Positions 42,201-51,654 of a stretch of DNA of 64,000 nucleotides are shown here, one piece after another (positions within the stretch are counted from its first letter, which is position 1; the number at the start of each line of letters is the position of its first letter). Source of the stretch: an uncultured delta proteobacterium. Lineage in GTDB: Bacteria > Desulfobacterota > Binatia > Bin18. The stretch spans positions 96,001 to 160,000 of the forward strand of contig CAVTCR010000009.1 of NCBI GenBank assembly GCA_963733195.1, read 5' to 3'. The position numbers were made by a program, and so were the translations under genes. The notes under the pieces are model-generated. The model saw nothing but the letters and a program-made list of their open reading frames with translations. It was not told the DNA's origin and searched no databases.

Positions 42201-43186
42201 CGTTAGTGAAGGAAGTCGAACGTCCACAGACTGACCAACATAACGAAAGCAACCTTCCTGGAGTCTTCTTGGTTGGAGAAGTCATCGGAGCCGCGCTCGT
42301 CAAGAAAGCAGTCAACCAAGGTGACCAAACCATTCGTTATATCGGTAACCGCAAACCTCGTATTGCCGAAGCGCAGTATGATGTCATCATCGTTGGTGCC
42401 GGCCCTGGTGGACTTGCGGCTGGGCTCGAAGCAAAACGGCTGGGGCTGCGGTACCTCATTCTCGAGCGTGAGAGCATTGCCAGCACGATTCAGAACTATC
42501 CCCGCGATAAAGCTGTGCTAGCCGAACCGGTGTTGTTGTCTATCTACGGCTTGCTGCCAATGATGGATGCAAAGAAAGAAGCCTTGGTCTCTTTGTGGGA
42601 GGAGATTGTTCGCAAAAGCGATCTCCAGGTCAACGTTCGTGAGGAAGTTACCGAAGTAAAGAAAGTCAGTAATCTGTTTACAGTAACGACGGTTAAAGGA
42701 TCGTATCAGGGTGCGTATGTTGTTCTGGCGACCGGAACCCGTGGCAACCCGCGCAAGATTGGAGTTAAAGGCGAGGACAATCCCAAGGTCACCTATAACC
42801 TTATCGATGCTGCGGAATGGAAAGGGAAGAACGTGCTTGTAGTCGGTGGCGGTGATAGTGCAATTGAAGCTGCGGTCGCTTTGTCGAACGAACCGGGGAC
42901 GACGGTGACGTTGTCCTATCGGCGCGGAGAATTCAGCCGCGTTAAGCCACGCAATGAGCAAGCAATTAAAGAACAAGCAAAAGCAGGGCGACTGACCTTG
43001 CTGTTTAACTCCAGCGTCACCGACATTAGCGACAAAACAGTCAAGATCAAAGTCGGTGATGAAGTACGAGAGCTAGAGAACGACGCCGTCTTTGCACTGA
43101 TCGGCGCCGATCCGCCGAAGGCTTGGTTAGAAAAGATGGGGGTTAACTTTGTGATCGTGAAAGAAACCGTCGGCGGTGGGTGGTAG
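39278..43186 (+). CDS. Fusion: 3xFHA - TM - multiheme cytochrome c - TM - 2x[4Fe-4S] ferredoxin - FAD/NAD(P)H oxidoreductase (TrxB/YpdA-like)
   Basis: Three GR...SRxH...NG FHA motifs; 9 CxxCH plus one CX4CH; CISCSSCYDSCP and CTICQDGCP; VGAGPGG, ATG, VVGGGDSA and YRR motifs. Confidence 0.9.
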   Translation: MIKLTILTGTDAGKEITPASDPIILGRSSTCTIVLHDAAASRRHSSIERRGTDYVLTDLQSGNGTFVNSPGTRIHAPYTLQDGDEILIGKSRVRIGLFIQAEEDEAAKVPVQPSSAAISTGSAQVDTTSGTELAQPVQIPPPAADAGLNAVHQPDVPIVVTIVSGPNRGMVYSPAREVFSIGRATTCDIALTDSTASRVHATIKREAGKYRLYDENSVNGVYLRTPQNRVYHADLADGDTIYIGQNQLRVEISLTPPPIATGNEDATRISGTIGGKSFTFTLKALGSNARAAQTDEATHLVTGQSGATTPEEATSDVPQSVAAQGGPKIALRVIAGKDQGTVFTPPPGSDRCTIGRGEQANFRLQDRGASRIHCAIEISPAGFFLVDDGSLNGTFLNQATERVTRVALKGGEEIQLADTRLKVEITPPEGAAAAEGVSEEKTAHVPYHAPPAPPSATPSEPAPIVLVQPATENVRSRSAAFKDRLATIAKQNGVTLRPFTVPGTPRQWVALALMLLAALSSYGFAVLGRQAYFSGGPISESHAKLEQQCTSCHPTWGLQPVNATCAATDCHADVLKVKDNTRDDCVSCHTEHRGRTFAIKGGEAQCWSCHKAGMNVRAYASRPMGVYHTQVFSVAEQLVPQPGKVPTQGIQPAALMTARETWLKDFTAQPTGLKYAHAAHAADVLEKNKKQEQCLDCHVKLLDGQFTPFPTHAQCIDCHKEVANQDPQVAKASASEKCLLCHTQKDGGITRVKQDVNFVAFQHTDHGQMRCVQCHAVVTAETEYRPVLRSAAAYPMPMDACYSCHQDKKVTIACLDCHRQHHSYPSTTDLVQGWFGNLPFSSVLLTFVGLVGAMGAYTYMDMRLARRWLASLEEPPAAPAGGAAAGSAAQGAAGVPPPPPPAGEGGVLPYPTVDAATCISCSSCYDSCPTNVLEGDHTTHKSTVVNPNACISLTEGCTICQDGCPTGAIRVTTAPLVKEVERPQTDQHNESNLPGVFLVGEVIGAALVKKAVNQGDQTIRYIGNRKPRIAEAQYDVIIVGAGPGGLAAGLEAKRLGLRYLILERESIASTIQNYPRDKAVLAEPVLLSIYGLLPMMDAKKEALVSLWEEIVRKSDLQVNVREEVTEVKKVSNLFTVTTVKGSYQGAYVVLATGTRGNPRKIGVKGEDNPKVTYNLIDAAEWKGKNVLVVGGGDSAIEAAVALSNEPGTTVTLSYRRGEFSRVKPRNEQAIKEQAKAGRLTLLFNSSVTDISDKTVKIKVGDEVRELENDAVFALIGADPPKAWLEKMGVNFVIVKETVGGGW

Positions 43187-43265
43187 TTCGATCTGTTGTC
43201 CCAAACAACGAAAATCAGCGGAGAGAATCGAGGGGAGGATTTTGGCGGTTGTCATACGGGAGCCT

Positions 43266-43853
43266 TTATGCAAAGAGATTGCGCACAGGTAATTGCAATT
43301 GCGGGAGAACCACAGACGTCAGCGTATCACCCGTGCGGAACAAGAGTGGTGCGCCATAGCAGCCATTCACTAAACGGAACATCGTGACTTCCCGACGGTC
43401 TGTGTCTACTAACCAATATTCGTCGACTCCATTACGTTCGTAGATGGCTTTCTTCTCAGTGCGATCACGTAACGCAGTTGGTGTTGAAAGGATCTCTACG
43501 ACTAGGTTCGGAGCAATCTCCAAAAACTTTCCACGGCGTGGAGTAGGGCCCGCCTGCAGTCGAGCGTAGGAGATAAAAGACACATCTGGTTCAAGAGTAT
43601 CGCCTGACGGGAGACGATAGCCGGCACTTGACCCAAACACCTCTCCCAACTGATATTGAGAGGCACAGTTGAAGAGCGGAGAAACAATTCGTGCTTCGGT
43701 ATTGGCATGCGGCCAGCCAGCAGGTGGAGTCATGACAATACTCCCGTTCAGCAGTTCGTAATGATTCGTATCGGAGTGTGGCAGTTCACTGAGCCACTCT
43801 TCAAACTCATCTTGAGTGAATGTTTCGGTAGAAACGAACGCAGTCTGTGGCAT
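43266..43853 (-). CDS. Uma2/DUF820 family PD-(D/E)XK endonuclease-like protein
   Basis: YELLNG, EPDVSF, APNLVVEILS, GVDEYWLVD. Confidence 0.9.
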   Translation of the reverse strand: MPQTAFVSTETFTQDEFEEWLSELPHSDTNHYELLNGSIVMTPPAGWPHANTEARIVSPLFNCASQYQLGEVFGSSAGYRLPSGDTLEPDVSFISYARLQAGPTPRRGKFLEIAPNLVVEILSTPTALRDRTEKKAIYERNGVDEYWLVDTDRREVTMFRLVNGCYGAPLLFRTGDTLTSVVLPQLQLPVRNLFA

Positions 43854-43955
43854 AATGTACACCAGCAGGGAAAATTTTCAGACGTTACTGTAGCACGAGA
43901 GCCCAAAGGCGGACAGATGCGAGGAATTCACTATCAGCCCTGAGAAGAGGTGCGA

Positions 43956-44069
43956 CGTCATTCCGGGCGAGCACCGCGAGACCCGGAATCCAGGAGCTTG
44001 AAGCAGAGGCCTCCGGTGAGTACGCCTGGATTCCTGGCAGGCACCCCTGGCGGCTTTGTCCGCCAGGGG
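43956..44069. repeat. CGTCATTCC-type REP-like element with an adjacent GC-rich hairpin
   Basis: CGTCATTCCGGG...CCCGGAATCCAG, then CTGGATTCC and CCCCTGGCGG-N6-CCGCCAGGGG; same family as 56990-57069. Confidence 0.7.
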
Positions 44070-44399
44070 TTGAAGTGACTTACGGGTAGACAAGCTGACC
44101 CACAACTCCCTTAACGACTCCTTCCTGGGCACCACGGGTGACTGGTTCATAAAAAATGCTGAATGATGAATGGGGCAAAAGAGTTCAGGGTCTAGCGTCT
44201 GAGAGTCTGGGAGTCAAAAGAGGAATTAGAAAAGGGGTATTGCGGTTGTTGCATCATTCCCCTTCAGTGTTCCCTAAGCCGCAAGAAGGCAGAAGAACCC
44301 CTGATCCCGTAGCTAACACGACAGGCGCAAAATAATGGTAGGTATAGCGGTAGGATGCGGTACACTGATCTGTAGTGTAGCAACGAAAGAGGTATCCTC

Positions 44400-44897
44400 A
44401 TGAACATGCAACGTATCGCTACTTTCTTCATCATGCCGGGGTTGGTTCTTCTAACGGCAACGTCACCCTCGTTCGGCGAATCTGTGCGACCGGCAACTGT
44501 CACCGCTGCCTCGCCGGAGCAAGCTCAGCAAGAGGCTCCGTTGTTTACCTTCTTACAGGCGTATTTCTCTTCGTTAGCGCAAGGTGAGGTCGATAAACTA
44601 GCACAGTACCATCCTACGTTGACCACAGAGCAACTCTCCACCCTACAAGACTATTTTGCTCACACCGTTCGAGACTTACATATCGACGTTCGGAACGTCC
44701 AGGTGCAGCTTACGGCCAATACTGCAACCGTGACATTTTTCCGTACCGATCGCTTTATTGACCGCCTTACTGAACGGCGCATCGAGAAAAGCATCCAACT
44801 TTCTACGGTCCTCGAGTACGGTGCAAATGGTTGGCAGCTCGGTGGACTTGATCTCGTCGCGTTCGCGCTGGGGAATCGTACTAGTCAAGCTGGGTAG
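44400..44897 (+). CDS. Secreted NTF2/SnoaL-like protein
   Basis: Signal peptide, then LQAYFSSLAQGEVDKL...VQVQLTANTATVTF...LEYGANGWQL, an NTF2-like pattern. Confidence 0.7.
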   Translation: MNMQRIATFFIMPGLVLLTATSPSFGESVRPATVTAASPEQAQQEAPLFTFLQAYFSSLAQGEVDKLAQYHPTLTTEQLSTLQDYFAHTVRDLHIDVRNVQVQLTANTATVTFFRTDRFIDRLTERRIEKSIQLSTVLEYGANGWQLGGLDLVAFALGNRTSQAG

Positions 44898-44907
44898 CAA
44901 ACAGGAA

Positions 44908-47900
44908 CTATCGCCGTCGGGCGATACGACCACCATCGCTTTTTTCTAGTGTCACTTCTTTAGGTGGCAATGAGAGAGTCTTGCCGTCGATCGTATCGAC
45001 TCTGGTAAAACGTACGACCGCTCGGTTGCTTTCGCTACGTACGTTGATGTCTTTGAACGATACCCTGTAGCTTTTGTAACCATCCAAGATACCCTTGAGC
45101 TTCGCAGCATCCTGCGCCGAGACCTCACCAAGCTGTACGAGCACGTCAACATTCTTATTTTCCCATGCCTGGCGATAGGTCGTTTCAAGCCAGTTCATCG
45201 CCTCTTGTTGGCTCAACGTCGCGGTTGGTGACTCGATCTTAGGAGGAGGCAGTGGTGGTGGTTGAGGTCGGGCTACTTCGATAGCTTTGACTTCAACCGT
45301 CCAACGTTTTGCCGCACTCTGCAATCCGTCCGGAGCAACAGCAATAGCAGACAACTGATAGGTGCCAGGCCTGGTCTCGGCGAAACGAAACCGTCCACTA
45401 TCCGTGCGCTGTGGACGAGCATCATTGATACTCCACAAATAACTCAGTTCTTTTCTCGTGCCTCCAGATACGCCAGTGATCTCTGCTGTTACGGTAAAAT
45501 CGACCGGTTTCCCGGCGTCGACAGTGAGACTGGTGTCCCCAGGGTCAACATCGATAATACGAGGCGGGACAGCCAGAACCTTCGGCGTCACGTTCCACGC
45601 CACTTGTACCTTCTTGTCTGCTTTATCAACCACCTCAACTTTCACCGCGTGTGACGCATCAGAAATGGATGCCGGGAGTTGCCAACTCCGACTCTCGCCT
45701 CGAGCCACCTCTTGGCCATCAAGCGACCAAACATAGACGAGGCGATCATCTTTATCGGGGTCGGAGGCCTGTACGGTAAAGCTTTGCTCTTCACCAGCTG
45801 TCATTTGAACAGAACCAGCTTTTGGTGAAACACTGGTAATAACCGGCGGACGTGGGGTGTCCTGCACCCGCACAGTCCAGATCTTCTCAAGCGGAGCATT
45901 CTTGCCATCCGAAATTACCGCTTTAACTTCTCGAACTCGGTCCCCACCATCGTCATACCCCGGTTGATAGGTCCACTTCTTTCCGTCTGTTTGTTTCTTG
46001 CCATCAAGAAGCCAGGCAAACTTGAGTGACTGCGGCTGCGCACTCTCCGCATCTACCACGAAAGGCAAGTTGCTTCCCTTCAGCAACTGTCATTTCACCT
46101 GTTGTCATCTGGTTTCGCTGGAGTCAGCTTTGGCGGCGGCGATACAATTCGGCTTCAGCCTGTTCAGGCTTTGCTTGCCGGCTTTGGCTTGTCTATTTAG
46201 CTGCTCGGCTTTCGGTCGTTCTAGCTTTCGCTTAGCTTGTCGGCTTAGTGGTTCGTTGGCTTGCTCGCTTTCGCTGGTCGAGGTTCGGCGGGCTCGGCTT
46301 TCGATCGTTCGGCTGGTCAGCCTTGGCTTGTCCGCTTTAGCGTGCGCTAGGTCTAGCCTGTTCGCTTTACTTGTCGGCGGCTTGGTTCTACTTTACAGTT
46401 TGTTATTAGTTCAGAAGATTGAAAAGCCCCGCTGAAATACAGGCCGAGGGCAGCCGCAACGGCAAGCGCAACCGCACCCGCGACAATCGGCGTGGACTGG
46501 CGCGAGGCAGAAGGGGTCGCCACAGAGACAGAGGAAACTTCTGGGCGGTTTTCTGATTGCGGAACCTGCTCAATAAGCGTCGGCTCATCTTCATCCGTCT
46601 TTTGCGGGCGAAGAGCTGATAGGAGGGCCAGCGCTTCTTCATAACTCGCTTGCGCCTGAGGGTAGCGCTTTTGTTGGAGCAGTTGGTCACCACTAGTGAT
46701 TGCTTTTTCTGCCTGCTTCTTTTGTTTTCCTTTAGAGCTGCGTGTTTGTTCTCGCAGCTCGTAGGCTCGTGTTTTAGCAGACTCAGCCTCTTGCTTTTGC
46801 TGCGCTACGCTGGCTTCTTGGCGGATCTGCTGCCAGCGGACAACCACTCGGTCAAACCGATCGAGCGCATCATCGAACTTTTCGTGCGTGAGCGCCTGTT
46901 CTGCCTCATGTAACAGAGACATTGCTTCTACGTGTTGACCAGGAAGAAACTCTTCGCTTTTGGCCGTCTGAGCCTCTGCCTGTGCAGCTACGGCTTTTTC
47001 TCGCGCCGCCACCGCCATTTGCTTCGTACGGGTGAGCCGTGCAGTCTCACATGCATTACTGAACAGTTCGCTGGCTTGGGCGAAGGCGACAACTGCGTCT
47101 TCAAATTTTTCCGTGGCAACCGCAGCCTCGGCCTGTTCTTTCACCGCTTGTGCTTTGCGGTAAAGCTCTTCAGCGTATTGCAGAGCGTGGGCAGTATCAG
47201 CTTCTTTCTGCCGTTCTTTCGTTTCCTGGCTTGCAGCTATAGCACGCTGCCGTCGCTCTTCTGCCTCAGCCTCGATTCGGGCACGTGCATAGCTCTGAGC
47301 GGCGCGTTCATAGTGCTCACGTGCCTGCTCATAGGCATGCGCCTTCCAGGCTCGTTCACCTTCGGATTCGTGACTTTGCGCTTCTTTCCAGATGGCTGCA
47401 GCAAAACTCGGGGCAAGTGTACCCGCCTCTTGTCTCGCTTGTAGCGCTTTTTGCTTCCCAGTCTCCGCATGCTCTCGCGCAACTTGTTGCTGCACTGCCT
47501 GAGCAAGTTTTACCAGCTGCTGCTGTGCCTGCTCGTAGTCACGTCGTGCAGAAGGAAAATCTTGCCGCTCTTCAGCGGTACGACCTTGCTCCAGGAGTTG
47601 TTGGGCTTGCGTCAGATCTTGAGGAAAACGGTGCGCAGCATCAGCCTCCATCACTGTGGACAACGCCTCCTCAGCATGTTGACGAGCAGTCACCGCCTGT
47701 TGCTTAGCCTGTTCGCGCTGTGCGGTGACTCCAGATTGGATAAAGAGTTCTTCCGCACGACGATAGACGCCAGTGGCTCCAATAAACTCCTGTTGCTGTT
47801 GGTGGCGTCCAGCTTCTGCTATAGCAGCAGTGCCCTGATTGAACTCGGTGGCTGCGTAGCGCGGGGCTCCCGCCTCTTCGGCTTTCTTTTTCGCGGTAGT

Positions 47901-50900
47901 GGCTTGTTTCTCCGCCTGTGCGGTCTCTTGGTAGAGTCGCTCATGTTCTCCGACCTCGACCACCTGAGCGTATGCCTGACTCGTCTGCGCATACCCGGCA
48001 AGCGCCGCTTCATAATCCTGCCCTTTGAACATCCGCTCGGCATCGGCTTCGCGCTTCTGCGCTCCATCCCATGGAGCTTTTGCCCACTGTTTCAGCGTAC
48101 TGGCCTTCTCTTTCGCCAGGAGCATCTGTCGGCGAGCAGTATCAGCTTCTTCTCGTGCCGCCTGTATATCCGCCTCACGCCGTAGCCGTAACAGCTGCTG
48201 GAGGGCCTGCTCATAGAAACTCGTAGCCTGGGCAAAATCCTGTTGCGCCTCTGCTTGTTGTCCTTGCTCCGTCAAGCGTTGCGCGCGGGTGAACTCCTGC
48301 GCGAAGCGCGTGTTCGCTTCTGCTTCTTCGGCAGCGGCACGTGCAGCCTCCAATCGTTGGCGAATGGCAGCGGCGGCTTGACGGGCTTTTTCCTGTTGTG
48401 CGTCATGAGCAGCTTGTGACCACAACGAACGTGCCTGCAAAAACTCCTGACTCGCTTCACTCCAGCGTTGCGCACGAAGATGTTGTTCCGCCTGTTGCTG
48501 AGTTTTAGTCACTTGTTGATACAACGCAGCGGCATACTGTTTTGCTTCAGCTTGTTCTGCTACGGTGCGAGCGTCCTCAGCCTGTTGACGAGCGTCGAGT
48601 GCCCGTTGTCGCAGCCGTTCAATCTCTGCCGCCTTACGGATCTCCTCGGCTTCTTGCCGTGCTTCTCTATAGAGTTGCGCGGCCCGATCATACACCTCCG
48701 CTGCTTCTGTATAGCGTTTGGCACTCCAGGCGCTGTCAGCTTCGCCTTCGCGACGCTGCGCCTCTGTATACTTTGCCCCAAACCATTCATCGAGTCCTGA
48801 GAGCCTGTTGCGTGCCTCAGCCACACGCCCACGAAAGGCTTCTGCTTTCTCTCGTTCGGCTTCCTGAAACGCATCACCAGCGAGGCGTTGCCACGTCTGT
48901 AGCGCTTGCTGGTATCCATCGACTGCCTGAGAAAAATTCTGACGTGTTTCCTCTTGTTTTGCGTGCTCAACAAGATGTGAAGCGTGGGCAAAGTCGTCGG
49001 CAAAGCGTTGGGCAGCTCCAGCCTTCTCTGCAACCTGACGCACATCTTCTGCTCGTTGTCGCGCTGCGGCGGCTTCCTGTTTCTGGCGTTCGTGCTGTGC
49101 AGCCTCTGCCGCTTTGGTCAACAACTCAGCCGCGCGCCAATAGCGCTGAATCGCGACACGTAGATCCTTGGCTTGTATTTGCTGTTCTGCGTCTTTTTGC
49201 GCTGCAAGCCCTTCTCGCCACAGGTCCGCCGCATAGCGAGCAGCGTCAGCCTTCTCAGCTTGTGCTTTCGCCGATTGGGCCTGCTCCTGGGCGTCGTGGG
49301 TTTCTTGCTGCAGTTGCTCGCGTTCGGCATTGGCCCGGGCTTGGGCATACGCCTGCGTTGCCTGCACATAGAGTTCCGCGGCACGACCATACTCTTGTTT
49401 TTGGTACGCGAGCTCGGCTTGCTGCGCTCCCTCTTGCGCTTTTGTCCAACTTGCTTTCGCCCAGGTTTGCAGCGCCTCACTACCCTGAACGACCGCTGTC
49501 ATCTCCTGCCGTGCGACATCGGCACGTTCACGCGCAACGAGGACAGTCGCTTCACGTGCTAATTGCTGAAACCGTTGCGTTGCCTGCGTATAGAAGTCGC
49601 GGGCAGCACTATATTGCTGCTGTTTCTCGTTCTCTTGCCCTTGCGCAGTGAGTCGTTGCACTTCTGCGTACATCGCAGCCGTTCGTTCCTTTGCTCCAGC
49701 CTGATCTGCTTGTGCTTGTGCTTGTTGGAGTTGCTGACGAACTGCCGCAATCTCTTGTTTTTCTTGTTCGAGCTCAGCCTCCTGTGTAGCTCGCTGGTAA
49801 AGATCACGTGCTTGCACGTACGCGTGCACGGCTTTTTCATGGGCCTGCGCTTGCAGGTGCGTATCGCCTTGCTTCTGGAAAATCGCCGCTTGCTGGTATG
49901 ATGGAGAAGCAAGCTCTCGAGCCCGTGCAGCATCAGCGCGGCCCTGTGCCTCTGTGGTTTGCCGTTGAACTGCAAACGCTTCCTGTCGCTGTCGTTCGCT
50001 CTGGGCCTGTTGCTGGGCACGCTCATACTTCTGCGCCGCAGCGAGAAATAACTCACGTGCTTGGGTGAATTCCTCGTGCGCTATCGCCGTATTCGCCCGT
50101 TGCTCCTGATCCACAGCCTCCTGGAAGAGGTTCTCAGCAAACTGCGCAGCTCCTTTTTCTTCTGCCGCAGCCTTCGCTGCAACCACGCGAGTTCGTGCTT
50201 TTTCGGCCTCTTCTTTCAAGGTCTCGCGGTAGGCAAGCTCGCGGGCGTCGGCAAAGAATCTTGCAGCTTCGCCATAGATCTGGGCCGATTGTTGAAAATC
50301 TTGTTTCTCTAAGAATTCGTCGGCTTGCGATTGCAGAGTCAGTCCGCGAGTATAACGGGTGCGAGCATGGTCACGTGCGCCATAGTGCTCAGCCTCCTCT
50401 TTGGCGGCAGCCATATTGTCTCTGGCTTGCTCTGCCTTATGCTTGGCCGCTGCAGCCTTCGCTTCCGTACCTGCTCGGTCAAATATCTGTATGGCCTCTT
50501 CGAACGCTTGCTGGGCGGCAGTGAAATCCCGCTCCCGTAGGCTTTTGGCTCCCTGTTCTTCAGACGTGCGTCCTTGCTGAAGCAGTGTCGCTGCCCATTC
50601 TGCAGCTCCTTCTCGCGTGGCGCGTTCGCGTGCTTCTCGCGCTTGCGTTTGAAACGGTAACACACGACGGCGTTGTTGCTCTTCTTGCAGTTCACGGATG
50701 CGCTGATCGATGTCCTCGTCTGCCGGGGCCTCTGTGCTTTTCTTCTCTTCCGTTCCAGGTCTTGGGATAATAAGCGTACCGGTTTCTTCCTCCTCTGGAC
50801 TTAAATTACGACAGGCATCTAACGCCTGCAGGAGGTCACGCATGCCGGGATAGCGACGGGTGCGGGTTTTGGCGATTGCGCGCGTCAGCAAGTCGGCAAA

Positions 50901-51638
50901 AGCGGTGGGCGGTGGACGGTCAAAGTGGGGCTCATTCTCCTTGTTGTCATACAAGACCCTGCGCAACACCTCATGTTCATCAAGCCCGCCAAAGAATTGC
51001 TTACCGGTGTACATTTCGTACATGACCATGCCGAGCGAATAAACATCAGCACTACCGTCGAGCGGCTCGTGGCGCAGTTGCTCGGGGGAAGCGTATTTCA
51101 GCGTCCCGATCACCATGCCGGTCTTCGTCGAATCTCCATCTCCAAGTTCTTTGGCAATACCAAAATCCATCACCACGACGCGCGAAGAGCGATCTTCAAT
51201 CATGATATTGGCAGGCTTGATGTCGCGGTGAATGATGGGAGGAGTGTGGTTATGCGCGTAGCCGAGCGCATCAGCAACCTGACGGGAGATAGTGAGAAGC
51301 TCGGGGAGCGGCAGCGGTCCCTTTTCACGGAGATACTTGCCGAGGGTCACACCCTCGATGTACTCCATGACAAAGTAGTAGAGGTTCAGACTTTCATCCC
51401 GTTCGATATCAAGCACTTTCACGATATTGTCATGCTTCAAACGAGCCATGACGCGCGCTTCGCGATAGAAGCGGTTCACCATGTCTTCATTTTCCATCAA
51501 GTACGCAGGCAGGACCTTGAGGGCAGAGATGGTCTCTAGGCGGGTATGGCGTACTTTGTACACCAAGCCCATGCCCCCCTGGCCGAGCGAGCCCACGACC
51601 TCGTACTTACGGGAAATCACCATTGCCGGCGTAGCCAT
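44908..51638 (-). CDS. Giant Hanks-type Ser/Thr receptor kinase: kinase, about 18 helical repeats, TM, repetitive linker, Ig/PKD-like domains, NTF2-like C-terminus (frameshifted at about 46100-46410)
   Basis: LGQGGMG, ALKVL, HRDIKPAN, MDFGIAK, YASPEQ; Ala/Glu/Gln-rich repeats; TM IVAGAVALAVAAALGLYF. ORF 44908-46086 has no signal peptide of its own and carries YxWxLDG Ig-like repeats. Confidence 0.85.
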
Positions 51639-51654
51639 AGGTGAAAGTTCCGCG

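Noticed and set aside
43266-43853. Uma2 nuclease as part of the redox system or a defence island
   Set aside because: A widely scattered, often multicopy family; it is on the opposite strand and has no defence-gene neighbours.
46932-50524. Long plus-strand ORFs (for example 48542-49651, 47451-48185) opposite the kinase
   Set aside because: Antisense shadows of Ala/Glu/Gln-rich repeat codons; Leu/Cys/Arg-rich with no motifs.
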